A DNA stretch of 64,000 nt, taken from positions 10,894-74,893 of the IMG/VR virus record IMGVR_UViG_3300025087_000054; one strand, 5' to 3'. The stretch comes from a virus. The notes beneath the pieces are model-generated. The model did not search any database, was not told the origin of the DNA, and saw only the letters and a list, made by a program, of their open reading frames with translations. The translations under genes and the position numbers were made by a program. Below, piece after piece: positions 9,770 through 20,283 of this stretch. Position 1 is the stretch's first letter, and every line of letters starts with the position of its first letter.

Positions 9770-10198
9770 ATGGCAGACGAAGTCTCAAAAGCAAATAACC
9801 AAGATGCTGTTAGCATTGCGGAATGTTCCATCGTTTTGGATGGAGTAACACTTGGGTACATGACAAGTCTTACAGTTGATGGTAGGGCTCCTGAGGATAT
9901 AATTAATTGTTTTGGCGGTACTTTAAGACGAAGGAAACCAGAGACAGTTGAATGGTCATCAGACGGAGTTGTGTTATACGACAACTTAAAAATGCTGAAT
10001 GCATTACGTAATGGCGATTTGTTTCAGATTGTTGTTACAACAGCAAACCCAGACATTACTCAGACAGCTAATTTAGGGCAGATAATGACTGTATATAACT
10101 GTAGAGTGAATGACCATAATGTTACGTTGAATGATAGTTCAACATTTAAGATGAATGGTAGAGCAGATAATTGGGATGTTGAAACAATAGAGTCATAA
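9770..10198 (+). CDS. Tail tube protein
   Basis: 142 aa immediately after sheath; beta-rich. Confidence 0.75.
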   Translation: MADEVSKANNQDAVSIAECSIVLDGVTLGYMTSLTVDGRAPEDIINCFGGTLRRRKPETVEWSSDGVVLYDNLKMLNALRNGDLFQIVVTTANPDITQTANLGQIMTVYNCRVNDHNVTLNDSSTFKMNGRADNWDVETIES

Positions 10199-10205
10199 AA
10201 TAGAT

Positions 10206-10257
10206 AAAGGGGGTGTAACTTAAAATGCTATTTTAAGTGTTAGCCCCCTTTATTTTT
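10206..10257 (+). terminator. Rho-independent terminator after tube gene
   Basis: aaaggggg...cccccttt stem enclosing acttaaaat/attttaagt, followed by T tract. Confidence 0.75.
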
Positions 10258-10279
10258 GCAATTATAAAATTATACAAAT

Positions 10280-10900
10280 ATGGAAATACGAAAGCAATTT
10301 AAGTATGAGATGGCTCATATAGTACGGGGAGCTTGGACACGTAGATGTTCAGTAAATTTACACGGACATAGTTATATATCGGAAATACTGATAAAAGGTA
10401 GTACATTAGACGCAGGGCAAATGCTTATTGATTTTGGGTTAGTAAAATTATGGATGAATGATTTTATGGATAGTTTTGATCATACTATTATGCTATATAA
10501 TATAGAACAAGATGCCGATTTAATTGAACTAGCAATTAAAAAATTTGAGAGGGTGATTGTATCTCCGTTTAATACGACAGCGGAAATGCAGGCGGCTTTT
10601 CAGGCATTTGTTATAAAAAGGTTAATAGATAGTCATATAAAACAAAATGATGAGGCTAATGGTGCTATTTATCCAGACGCAGTTAAGGTACGATTACATG
10701 AGACAACGACTGGTTATGCACAGGCTGGTTCAGATGAGTTTTTTATTAATTATCCACATCAAGTACCATTTAAGGTTTGTACGCCTGTCTTATTAAACGA
10801 AATACTAGAGCATAAAGATATTTTTTGGATGAGTGAGGGTATTGCATCAGAATGGAAAAATAAAGATTGTTGGTTGGAAAGTTACAATAAAATTATTTAA
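10280..10900 (+). CDS. queD: 6-carboxy-5,6,7,8-tetrahydropterin synthase (QueD/PTPS family)
   Basis: AH..RC..LHGHSY, GQMLIDFG, FDH, TAE, LHET motifs. Confidence 0.85.
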   Translation: MEIRKQFKYEMAHIVRGAWTRRCSVNLHGHSYISEILIKGSTLDAGQMLIDFGLVKLWMNDFMDSFDHTIMLYNIEQDADLIELAIKKFERVIVSPFNTTAEMQAAFQAFVIKRLIDSHIKQNDEANGAIYPDAVKVRLHETTTGYAQAGSDEFFINYPHQVPFKVCTPVLLNEILEHKDIFWMSEGIASEWKNKDCWLESYNKII

Positions 10901-10912
10901 TTATTTAATTAT

Positions 10913-11614
10913 ATGTCAAAATCATTTAAAGATTTACGGCCAGTTAAGGACGAATCGGGTAATTTAAAACTTGATTTGTTACGCAAGGCTGGAGTCGCCG
11001 CTAAGGTAATAACGTTTCCGAATACAGATGTTGAATGTGTTATGCGAGTTTTAACTAAATCCGAGGTATTAACAGCTCAAGATGAAGCGGCTCGAAAAGT
11101 TGAACAACAATGTAAAAGTACGACACAGCAATCAGAACTGATAGATAATTTTTTTCAGTATGAGGTATTTTATCGGGCATTAAGAACCATGCCTGATGGT
11201 AAAGGATTAAGGGAGGTTGACCCGAAAGAATTGCCACATTTTTTCAGTTCAGCAGAGGAGGTCGGGGAATGTACCGCGGATGAGTGCGTTGAATTATTTA
11301 ATGAGTATACTAATATTCAGAAACATTATGCAGGTATACCAGATTTGGATACGCCAGAACAATTTGAAACATTTATTGAGGAACTAAAAAAAAACTCAGC
11401 AACTGGGAATTATTTAAGTTCACACATATTGAAAAAGCTCGTTCGATTTTTAATCGCGAATATGACAATATCACAGACGGAGAATGGCTCTACATCTATG
11501 TTTGCGACAGTAAAGCAAAAGAACTTGAAAAACAAGCCTATGAGAAAGCAGGGGCTGGAGCTCAAGGAGGAGCTGGAGGAGGAGTTAGTCTTAAATCAAG
11601 AAAAAAGTTTGTAG
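10913..11614 (+). CDS. Tail assembly chaperone (gpG-like, zero-frame product)
   Basis: Just upstream of tape measure; contains slippery A AAA AAC (ELKKN) at about 11389-11395. Confidence 0.75.
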   Translation: MSKSFKDLRPVKDESGNLKLDLLRKAGVAAKVITFPNTDVECVMRVLTKSEVLTAQDEAARKVEQQCKSTTQQSELIDNFFQYEVFYRALRTMPDGKGLREVDPKELPHFFSSAEEVGECTADECVELFNEYTNIQKHYAGIPDLDTPEQFETFIEELKKNSATGNYLSSHILKKLVRFLIANMTISQTENGSTSMFATVKQKNLKNKPMRKQGLELKEELEEELVLNQEKSL

Positions 11615-11715
11615 ATCCGAATTGGAGTGATAAAATAAAGATGGTAAAATCAGGTATACAGCCTGAAAATACTTTATTGAATAAATTAAAAAATAAAAAG
11701 TATGGCCACCAGTAA
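11386..11715 (+). CDS. -1 frameshift extension of tail assembly chaperone (gpGT-like)
   Basis: -1 frame open from the A9 run to TAA 11713-11715 (KLSNWELFKFTHIEKAR...KKYGHQ), overlapping the TMP start. Confidence 0.75.
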   Translation, partial: KKKLSNWELFKFTHIEKARSIFNREYDNITDGEWLYIYVCDSKAKELEKQAYEKAGAGAQGGAGGGVSLKSRKKFVDPNWSDKIKMVKSGIQPENTLLNKLKNKKYGHQ

Positions 11716-14700
11716 ACAACTTGAATTGTCAGTTACCTTAAAGGGTACACAGGCACGAATGGCCTTGGACGGTATTATTGCTTCGACTGAAAAAGCCCAT
11801 GGCAAAATGGGACAGTTACAAGGGCAAGCTACTGTTACGGGTACTTTGATGGGTAAAGCTTTTAGTAGTGTTAACGGTATTTTATCAGATTCGGTTAAGC
11901 AGGCGGCAAATATGGCAAAGTATATGATGACTATTGCTACTATAACTGGCGGTATTTGGCTAAGGCAATCAATAAGGGATTTGGTTGAATTTGAAACACG
12001 ATTTAGTTTAATGAATGCCACATTACGAGCGAAATTGCCGTCAACATTAAATTATTTACGAGATGAGATAATGCAATTATCCAGTAGTACTGGTAAGAGT
12101 ATAATAGATATTACAGATACAATGACACAATTTTTTGGAGCGGGTTTAAAACCGACCGCAAAAGAAGGTACTTTTGCATATCAAAAACAGTTAAATGATG
12201 CAATGAAAATACAGGAGTTATTATCAAATAGTGCATTGGCAACGGGCGAAAGTACTGAAAATATGATGGAGGCGTACATATATGCCGCTAATGCTTTAGG
12301 TCGCGATTCAAAACAGTTTGAGACAGCTAGGTATATAATGTCATTATTTGGATCAACATTGGATCAAGGTATTGGTTGGATGAAAGAATATGGTACTCAG
12401 TTCGTTAAATTTACAATGGAAGCAAAACAGGCGGGATTGAGTGATGCGGAGATGTTTGCTACATTTGCTAAGATGACAAGAGTAATGACTCCAGAGGTGG
12501 CTGGATTTACTATGTCAGCTTTTATGCGGGGCATGAATGATTTGCCAAGGCAAGCTCAAAGAGCGGCCTTAAAAGTACAAGATATAATGAAAAGTACTAA
12601 TCTTACTGGTGATCAGCGTAAATTAGTTCGGCAGTTTGATACAAGAGAGGAATGGGAAAATATATTTTTTGCAACAAACGAAAAAGGTGAAAAAGTTAAA
12701 AAAAGTTACCGAGCATTAATGGCAGATTTACAAAAAATAGTTACGGTAGTTCCAAACAATACCGCATTATTTGATGTATTGTTTCAGGGATTATCTAACA
12801 ATAGGGTAGCTAAACGAGGAATGCAGTTATTATTGGAGGACTCGGGATTTACAGACTTATTTGGTGAAAATGGATTGGTTGATTTAGTAGATAAAGATTT
12901 ATTGGACGGTACTATAATGATGGAAAAAATAGCAGGTATGCAAGAATCTTTCGGAACTAAATGGACAAAAATGTGGGCGGCAGTTAAAACTGAAACTTTA
13001 AAAGTTACCCATGCGTTAAGTCCAGCATTATCCGCTTTTGCTTCGGTTGTGCATAGTAAATTAACTGGGGAGGGAATAGATAATAAAAGTTTAGCGGCTT
13101 ATTTTGGTAATGCCAGGGCGGAGATTGAAAAAATAGCACCATCATTAGAACCCGTAATAGATGGTATTGAAAAAATGACTTATTATATTGCATCGGGACA
13201 GTTTAAGCGAGAACTTAATTATGTTAAAGGATTTGTTGGTGAGCTATACTCATTATCAATAGCCATGAAAGAGATATTTATGGGATTTTGGAACTCGCCA
13301 CCAATGGTTTGGTTAAGAGAAAAATTGCAGGGACAGGAGGTACTAAGTTTAGCATTAACATTGGTCGGGTATAATGCGGCTAAACATATGTTAATGGGTC
13401 TAGGTACATTATTCGGCACATCATTATTATCAGGAATAATAGGCAGTGAGATGGCGGGGGCATTATTAGGTAAAACATGGGCGACAAATGCGTTAGGATT
13501 AATGACAACAGGTGGATTGGCCGCTACAAAATGGGGTGCTGTGGGTAAAATACTAACATCGGCATCTATTTGGGCGGTAGTGGCCGCTATTATTGCTGGT
13601 GGTATTAAAATGTATATGGAGGGCAGAGAGAATAAACGTGATAAAGCCGTTGAGGATCAAATAGCAAGTGGCGAATTACACACACGAGTAAAAATGGTAT
13701 CAAAAGGCACAATAGCTGGGTTACAAGATGATAAATTAATAGGGCAATTGAATGAATCATTAGATAAAAAAATGGATTTTAATAGAGTAGATTATGCAGG
13801 TCAACAAAAATTAGCTCAAATATTAGCACCAGGTAAATTAAAATATAATATACCAAGAGAGTGGAATAAGTTGGGGATACATAAGGATATGAGTGAGATA
13901 ACGGGCGGGGATATGTCGCCTAATCAGTTAATAGATAGATACGGAGAGGATATGGCATTAAGTATAATTGGCACATTAAAAGAATATGCTAGTTCGCAGT
14001 ATGATACTGGGTTATTTAGTGCTTTGACTGGGCAAATGGTAGATGAGGGCACAAATTTAGCTGTCGGCACGGGCGTATCGGAATTAATCAACTCGTTAAA
14101 ATTATTAAATGATATATCGTTAGGTAATACGAGTAGTGTTTTAAAATTACAACAAGCCTATGATTTATTTACGGGAGCAATTTCAGCTGGCGATATGCCA
14201 AAAGCCACCGAAGCCTTGAAGGAGTTTAATAAATTAAAGTTTTATGTAGACCCATATAAAAATACGGATCTAATAACTAGTCTACAAGAAAGTATTGCTG
14301 TGCAGTTAAATACAACGACTACGGAATTGAATGACGTGAATAATCAATTAGCGGGCATTAATTTTGATAGTGCTTTATCAGGAAAAGAACCAGATAAAGA
14401 GGCGGAAGCTTTATACGAAAAACAAGGTAAATTACAAACTATGCTAGATGAACTTAATAAAACACAAAGCTTTTTTGATACAGAGGATATGGGCAAATTG
14501 AGAGAGGCAACACAATTATCTAATGAGGAGTTAAGTAATATTAATTTAGGTATTGCAGGTATGAAACGGGCAATAGAGACAAATAAGTTAAGTTTTACGC
14601 CTACGATACAAGTAACACTTAATGTAGATGGTAAGAGTATGTGGAGTAATGCTGATTCGCCCGCTTCGGCTAATTATACAGGACCAGGAGGATTATATAC

Positions 14701-14755
14701 TCCGTTTGCAGATAATAATCAGATTTTAAATGCTAATTTTACTCCAGCATATTAA
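11702..14755 (+). CDS. Tape measure protein
   Basis: 1017 aa, helical, Ala/Gly-rich hydrophobic stretches; position. Confidence 0.9.
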   Translation: MATSKQLELSVTLKGTQARMALDGIIASTEKAHGKMGQLQGQATVTGTLMGKAFSSVNGILSDSVKQAANMAKYMMTIATITGGIWLRQSIRDLVEFETRFSLMNATLRAKLPSTLNYLRDEIMQLSSSTGKSIIDITDTMTQFFGAGLKPTAKEGTFAYQKQLNDAMKIQELLSNSALATGESTENMMEAYIYAANALGRDSKQFETARYIMSLFGSTLDQGIGWMKEYGTQFVKFTMEAKQAGLSDAEMFATFAKMTRVMTPEVAGFTMSAFMRGMNDLPRQAQRAALKVQDIMKSTNLTGDQRKLVRQFDTREEWENIFFATNEKGEKVKKSYRALMADLQKIVTVVPNNTALFDVLFQGLSNNRVAKRGMQLLLEDSGFTDLFGENGLVDLVDKDLLDGTIMMEKIAGMQESFGTKWTKMWAAVKTETLKVTHALSPALSAFASVVHSKLTGEGIDNKSLAAYFGNARAEIEKIAPSLEPVIDGIEKMTYYIASGQFKRELNYVKGFVGELYSLSIAMKEIFMGFWNSPPMVWLREKLQGQEVLSLALTLVGYNAAKHMLMGLGTLFGTSLLSGIIGSEMAGALLGKTWATNALGLMTTGGLAATKWGAVGKILTSASIWAVVAAIIAGGIKMYMEGRENKRDKAVEDQIASGELHTRVKMVSKGTIAGLQDDKLIGQLNESLDKKMDFNRVDYAGQQKLAQILAPGKLKYNIPREWNKLGIHKDMSEITGGDMSPNQLIDRYGEDMALSIIGTLKEYASSQYDTGLFSALTGQMVDEGTNLAVGTGVSELINSLKLLNDISLGNTSSVLKLQQAYDLFTGAISAGDMPKATEALKEFNKLKFYVDPYKNTDLITSLQESIAVQLNTTTTELNDVNNQLAGINFDSALSGKEPDKEAEALYEKQGKLQTMLDELNKTQSFFDTEDMGKLREATQLSNEELSNINLGIAGMKRAIETNKLSFTPTIQVTLNVDGKSMWSNADSPASANYTGPGGLYTPFADNNQILNANFTPAY

Positions 14756-14763
14756 TTTAAACT

Positions 14764-15798
14764 ATGATAAAAAAACATAAAAAAATGTATATACGGTATA
14801 AGGGATTTGAGTTCCCAATATCAGTCAAAACTTTTTCGATGGATGAACAAGCTAAAGTAGCAACGTATGAGTATGCGGGGCGAAATGGGGCAGAACACGA
14901 AAGAGTATTAAACTATCGTATATTTAGGATAACGGGTATATTTACGAGATCATCGGGTACTGAATCACCAAGGGCGTATATTAATAGACTTAGATTACTT
15001 AATGATAATGAGCCAGGAGAATTGTTTCATCCAGATTTCGGGGCGTTTCAATGTATAATACAAAAGTTATCTATATCACAAAATGCCGATGAGTTTGAGA
15101 CGGATGGTAATAGCTCAGTAAAAGATGATGAGGGTATAGTAAATTATCTGTTTGAGATGGAGTTATGGGAGCATACTGATCCAAGTTCAGCAACAATAAC
15201 AGATTTTTTAAAAAAATTATTCCCAGCGTCAGTGGCTAAACCCCCATCAGATGATTATGCTACAAGATTAAAATACCCAACAGTTGCTTTATTATTCCGA
15301 GCAATAAAATTAGGTAAAATAGTTCCAGGTACTGATCCAATACGTAATGCCGAATGGTTAAGATATGATTATGATTTTAGGGCGGAAGCATACGCTTTAT
15401 GGTTAGATTATTTGGAAAATGGTGATACTACAGCAACAACTATTGAGACGAGTAACCAAAGAACCTATACAGTTCAGCCAGGTGATATGGGATTGACTAT
15501 TGCATACAAATTTTCAGTTGCTTTTACAGACTTATTTGAGTTAAATAGGGGACAAAAAGTACGCACGATCGCTAAAGGTAGTGAGGGTTTGTATTGGAAA
15601 AGTGCCAATTTATTGTATGTGGGAGATATATTATTATTGCCAGATAAAGCGATAGCCCCAAAAATAACTCGCAGTATACCAGCAAGTGCTTCGACTACTA
15701 ACGAAGAAAAAACTAAACAAGATAAGTATAAAGATGAGTTAAATTACACGCCAGCTGAGTGGGATGATTGGTATGGTGGCGTTTGTTGGGAATATTAA
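14764..15798 (+). CDS. Tail-tube initiator/baseplate protein with LysM domain
   Basis: Mu gpN-like N-terminus (YEYAGRNGAEHE); LysM YTVQPGD...LYVGDILLLP. Confidence 0.75.
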   Translation: MIKKHKKMYIRYKGFEFPISVKTFSMDEQAKVATYEYAGRNGAEHERVLNYRIFRITGIFTRSSGTESPRAYINRLRLLNDNEPGELFHPDFGAFQCIIQKLSISQNADEFETDGNSSVKDDEGIVNYLFEMELWEHTDPSSATITDFLKKLFPASVAKPPSDDYATRLKYPTVALLFRAIKLGKIVPGTDPIRNAEWLRYDYDFRAEAYALWLDYLENGDTTATTIETSNQRTYTVQPGDMGLTIAYKFSVAFTDLFELNRGQKVRTIAKGSEGLYWKSANLLYVGDILLLPDKAIAPKITRSIPASASTTNEEKTKQDKYKDELNYTPAEWDDWYGGVCWEY

Positions 15799-15810
15799 TA
15801 ATAAACTAGT

Positions 15811-16878
15811 ATGAATATAGATAAACAATTAGGATTAGATATAGTTATTAATGGCAAGCAGGAATTACAGTTTAGTTCCTTAACAATTAATAGGACAGTA
15901 TCACAGTTTGTAGACACATTTGACGTGAATATGGCCAATTCGGGTGGGAGTAAGTCAACTACGATACCGATAGGGTGTATACTAAATGCTTATAAAGATG
16001 GTATTGAGATATTTAGGGGATTGGTTGAGGATAAAAAAACTACTTGGAATAATATAGGTAGCACAATGACATTAAGTGGACGAGAGGAATTGGTATATTT
16101 AACTGAGGATGATATAACCCCGACTTTAGGACCGTTTAAAGGAGTAACTGATAACTCAATACTTGAATTAGTATTTGCGGATTTTAATTGGGATTTGGAG
16201 CTAGGTGAGGGGGTAATTATTAAAGAATATGCCATTCAGTCGGGTAGCGTACGAAAAGGACAAGTAGTGGACGATATATTAAAATACAATGATTTTATTT
16301 TAATTAAAAAGGGATTGACCATACGTAAAACAAAGTTACCAATAAGTTTTGATTCGGCAAAAGTTAAAGATAAAATAACTATTACACAAGTAGATGGTCA
16401 ATTTAGTATACATAATCAAAGGATTGAAAAAATACAAGTCAATGAGAGTATATCAGGTGTGCGTAATAAAATTACGGGATATACTTATGCAAGCTCAAAG
16501 GCTAAACTACAGGTTAAGATGGAAAAGGAAAATGCTAGTTTAACGGGTGGTGATTATGCACAAAGGTTACGAAATAAATCTGATTTGCAAGGGCAACCTA
16601 TTAGCAGACATAGATATGTAACGACTCCAGCTAAAGATGCGGGCGAGCTTACGGGGCAAGTAACACGTTTATTGAAAGAATCTGATATAGTGGCTAGTAT
16701 TGAGTTAGCAGTATATGGAGTGGCCGATTATGATTTATTGGATATATTAGATATAAGATTTGAGCAAGAAAAAATATTGCAATATATGTATATAGATACT
16801 TTGACATATAATTTTGATAGTAAAAATAAAACTACGACTACTATATTAGTAAAACCGTTTCCAGTAATTAATAATTAA
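15811..16878 (+). CDS. Baseplate hub protein (Mu gp44/P2 gpD-like)
   Basis: Size, order, IFRGLVE and MTLSGRE motifs. Confidence 0.75.
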   Translation: MNIDKQLGLDIVINGKQELQFSSLTINRTVSQFVDTFDVNMANSGGSKSTTIPIGCILNAYKDGIEIFRGLVEDKKTTWNNIGSTMTLSGREELVYLTEDDITPTLGPFKGVTDNSILELVFADFNWDLELGEGVIIKEYAIQSGSVRKGQVVDDILKYNDFILIKKGLTIRKTKLPISFDSAKVKDKITITQVDGQFSIHNQRIEKIQVNESISGVRNKITGYTYASSKAKLQVKMEKENASLTGGDYAQRLRNKSDLQGQPISRHRYVTTPAKDAGELTGQVTRLLKESDIVASIELAVYGVADYDLLDILDIRFEQEKILQYMYIDTLTYNFDSKNKTTTTILVKPFPVINN

Positions 16879-16883
16879 TTTAT

Positions 16884-17381
16884 ATGAAAACACTTGAATA
16901 TGGGATAGTAACGTCAGTACTAAAAGATGATGATAAAGGAGCACAGTTATGTCATGTCAAAGGACAGCTTACAGATAGAGAATATAAATTTTGTGAGGTG
17001 ATGACACCAAGGGGTATAAGTAGTTTACCAAAGGCTGGCGATACTGTAATAGTATGCGAACTACATAATGCTGAAATTGTAATTTTAAATGTATTAGAAC
17101 AGTATGATTTAAGTTTGGAGGCTGGGGAAGTGTTATTACACTATGGGACAATAGTTCAGGAAGGGCAAATCAAAAAATACAGGCCGTCAGCAAAAATTAA
17201 ACTGAATAAGGATAATGCGATTGAGATGGTTACAGGTACTTATACTGGCAATGTATTTACGCAACAAAATCGAATTTTATTGGAAACAACTGGTAAGATA
17301 ACTATTGAAGGCACTAATGATATTTTAATTTGTTCGGATACTAAAATATCATTAGACGCACCAATAGTTGAGGTAATATAA
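16884..17381 (+). CDS. Baseplate spike (Mu gp45/gpV-like)
   Basis: PRGISSLPKAGD, LEAGEVLL motifs; C-terminal beta repeats. Confidence 0.8.
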   Translation: MKTLEYGIVTSVLKDDDKGAQLCHVKGQLTDREYKFCEVMTPRGISSLPKAGDTVIVCELHNAEIVILNVLEQYDLSLEAGEVLLHYGTIVQEGQIKKYRPSAKIKLNKDNAIEMVTGTYTGNVFTQQNRILLETTGKITIEGTNDILICSDTKISLDAPIVEVI

Positions 17382-17400
17382 AAAATAATGTAAATTAATT

Positions 17401-17736
17401 ATGGCAAGTGTTATAAAAAATGGTGATACAGCGATAGGGCATACAGATATATTAGGCAATCCTATTACAGGGGTAGTGCAATGCACAGGAAAATTGGTAA
17501 ATGGCAGTGCCATAGCTAAAGCGGGGGACACAATTCAGTTTAGTAGTCATGCTCACGCTTTAGATGATGATAATCCAATTGAATACAGTACGCATGATAT
17601 TGTTATTACAGGGTCTGGTAAACTAATTGTAAACGGCAATAAAGTGGCATTACATGGTGAAACAGTACTTGTTGCAGATAAGGCAGGCCCAAATGCTACA
17701 TTAGTAGCGAGTGTAAATAATTTAAAAAGTATTTAA
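17401..17736 (+). CDS. PAAR-like spike-tip protein
   Basis: Repeated (I/V)AxxGD/E and VNG motifs with His residues; follows spike. Confidence 0.65.
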   Translation: MASVIKNGDTAIGHTDILGNPITGVVQCTGKLVNGSAIAKAGDTIQFSSHAHALDDDNPIEYSTHDIVITGSGKLIVNGNKVALHGETVLVADKAGPNATLVASVNNLKSI

Positions 17737-17741
17737 AAAAT

Positions 17742-18140
17742 ATGGCAAATGCAACTCAAAAAATGGTAGATTTAGCTTTGATTCAAGGATCTGATTTTGA
17801 ACTAACTAATAGTGGCGATTTAGCCCTTGTGGAGAACGAGTTTGTATTGTTACAAATGGCTCAAAATAGGTGCTTGGCTGAGGTCGGTAGTTGGTTATTA
17901 GATGCTCAGTATGGATCAAATTTATTGTCTGAACTAAAGCACGGATCACCATATAGTATACCAGATAGTGCGTACGTTTCGCATGTATTACGAGCATTAC
18001 AGCCAATGTTAGATGACAAACGATTAGATCAAGTCAAATCAGTAAAAGTATTGGATAAAACATCGGATACTGTTACGCTTGAAATACAGGTGAAAATAGG
18101 CACGCAGGTCGGTACAGTTACTTATGATTTAAACTTTTAA
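17742..18140 (+). CDS. Baseplate wedge subunit (gp25/Mu gp46-like)
   Basis: GDLALV, YGSNL, RALQPMLDD motifs. Confidence 0.75.
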   Translation: MANATQKMVDLALIQGSDFELTNSGDLALVENEFVLLQMAQNRCLAEVGSWLLDAQYGSNLLSELKHGSPYSIPDSAYVSHVLRALQPMLDDKRLDQVKSVKVLDKTSDTVTLEIQVKIGTQVGTVTYDLNF

Positions 18141-18143
18141 AAA

Positions 18144-19598
18144 ATGGCAATAGTACAAACAAAATCATTGGAGGAATGGATTAGTGTGATATTACAAAAA
18201 TGGCAGTCGCAAATAAGTAATATTAACATTAATCCCGATTCAGTAGTATATCAGGATTCAGCAGTGTTAGCGTTTATTGTATATACATTACAACAGGATT
18301 TATTGACGGCAACAAATAACGCTTTTTTAGCTTATGCGATTGGTGATGAATTAGACAATTTAGGTGCTGATAGGGGTACTGAACGTAAAACAGCTAATTT
18401 TGCTACGGGTATTATTAAATTTGGGCGAGCTGAATTAGCAGAATCTGATTATACAATAGTTGAGGGTACTATTATAGGAACACAGCCAGCAGGAGATGGT
18501 ACTACAATTAATTTTGAAACTACAGAGGAGGTGGTTTTATATGGGACAGTTTCCGCACCAGAACAGCCTACATCGGCAGTTTTAATAGATGGCGGGTCAT
18601 TAGTAGACGAAGAGTACCATTTTAAAATTACGTCTGTGTCTGCGGATGGAAAAGAGTCAGAATCAAGTCCTGTTGAAACAGTAACTATTGCCGAAGGAGA
18701 CGCAAATAACTCGATAAGTTTAACATGGTCGGCAGTTCCAAGAGCAGTTAGTTATAATGTGTATTCAGCAATAGGTACAGGCGAGGAGGATAATGTAATA
18801 TTGTTAGATAATACATTGACACCATCGTATACAGTTACAGATGCAGATACTGGGGCCGAAACACAAGAACCACCAGCAACAAACGAAACAGGTAATTTGA
18901 CTATTGAGGCGGATATACAAGCAACAGTTGCGGGATCGGCATCAAATGTGGCTGTAAATACACTTACAAATTTGATTAATAAGCCAACTGGTATTGAATA
19001 TTGTGTAAATGAGGCATCTATAACTGGCGGAACAGATGAAGAGGATGATGCCACTTATAGGGCAAGGATTAAAGATTTATTATCTGTAAATACGGGTAAA
19101 GTAACGGTGTCTGGTTATCAGCAAACATGCGAAAGTGTTGATGGTGTGGCTACAGCTACAGTTACTATTCCAGTAGGTGGGGCATTTAGTAATTTGATTG
19201 AGATATATATTACAGCCTCAAGTGGCAATGGTGTGCCTTCGGCAGAGCTATTGGCCGAGGTATCTGCACTGGTCAATTCAGATGATAACAGAGCTGTTTG
19301 TGATAGCATTACAGTATTACCACCAGATACGAACAATATAGATATAACAGTAGATATTGTGGAATATGATACGGATTATGGGCAAGCAGATTTGGAGACT
19401 ACTATTCAAACCGCAATTGAAGCATATTTACCTACTTTAGGTATAGGGGGTAAATTATACATAGTTGATCTTGAAAATATATTACATGATACTGCGGGTA
19501 TTTTAGATTTTGATATTACATTGCCAGTGGCTAATATTCAGTTAGCGGCCTCCGAGATGGCAATTTTGGGAACTTTAACTTTTAATTGGCCTGTATAA
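18144..19598 (+). CDS. Baseplate J/gp47-like wedge protein with FN3-like insertion
   Basis: AIGDELD, GGTDEEDDATYRARI motifs; inserted YHFKITSV..ESESS..LTWSAV..SYNVY. Confidence 0.9.
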   Translation: MAIVQTKSLEEWISVILQKWQSQISNININPDSVVYQDSAVLAFIVYTLQQDLLTATNNAFLAYAIGDELDNLGADRGTERKTANFATGIIKFGRAELAESDYTIVEGTIIGTQPAGDGTTINFETTEEVVLYGTVSAPEQPTSAVLIDGGSLVDEEYHFKITSVSADGKESESSPVETVTIAEGDANNSISLTWSAVPRAVSYNVYSAIGTGEEDNVILLDNTLTPSYTVTDADTGAETQEPPATNETGNLTIEADIQATVAGSASNVAVNTLTNLINKPTGIEYCVNEASITGGTDEEDDATYRARIKDLLSVNTGKVTVSGYQQTCESVDGVATATVTIPVGGAFSNLIEIYITASSGNGVPSAELLAEVSALVNSDDNRAVCDSITVLPPDTNNIDITVDIVEYDTDYGQADLETTIQTAIEAYLPTLGIGGKLYIVDLENILHDTAGILDFDITLPVANIQLAASEMAILGTLTFNWPV

Positions 19599-19599
19599 T

Positions 19600-20283
19600 A
19601 TGACTGCACTCGAAGAACAATTTAAGGAACAGATTGAAGCATTTTATCCTAAAGGGTTGTATAATGATTCCGAGGATAGTACTAGTATTATTTATGCCCG
19701 TAATATAGTAAAAGCCAATGCTTTAGCAACTTTTAAAAATTTGCTTGATGAGGCGGCTCAACAGTTAATAGTTACAACTGCTACCGAAGATGGTCTAACT
19801 GAATGGGAAACTTTTTTAGATATACCAGTCAATTCGGAACTAAGTAATGTAGTAAGACGGGCAAATATAATATCTAAATTATCAGGTACAAGAGCGACAG
19901 TAGCGACAATCAAAGCAGTAGCGACAGCTATTGTAGGCAATGACGCACAGAGTGTTGATATAATTGAGCTTTATACAATAAGTAGTGATCCAGATGATGT
20001 ATTTACATATAAAGTTCAGATATATAAACCAACTTACGGTGATTATGAAGCACAAGATTTGGTTGATATACTTGAGGTAATCCACCCTGCTCATTGCAAT
20101 GTAATTGTGGAGATAATACCAGGACAGGCAGATGCCTTTGGTGTAACTGCGGAGGTGGATTATGGATTGCATGATCCATTTATGTGGGGGGACGCTGACG
20201 CACCAGACCCATCGGATACCGATTGGTTTGATAAAGACGTATCAACACCACTGGAAGGATATTTTTGGCAATCAGAGACTTAA
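19600..20283 (+). CDS. Baseplate wedge protein (gp48/DUF2313-like)
   Basis: TATEDGLTEWE, RRANIISKL, IHPAH motifs. Confidence 0.8.
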   Translation: MTALEEQFKEQIEAFYPKGLYNDSEDSTSIIYARNIVKANALATFKNLLDEAAQQLIVTTATEDGLTEWETFLDIPVNSELSNVVRRANIISKLSGTRATVATIKAVATAIVGNDAQSVDIIELYTISSDPDDVFTYKVQIYKPTYGDYEAQDLVDILEVIHPAHCNVIVEIIPGQADAFGVTAEVDYGLHDPFMWGDADAPDPSDTDWFDKDVSTPLEGYFWQSET

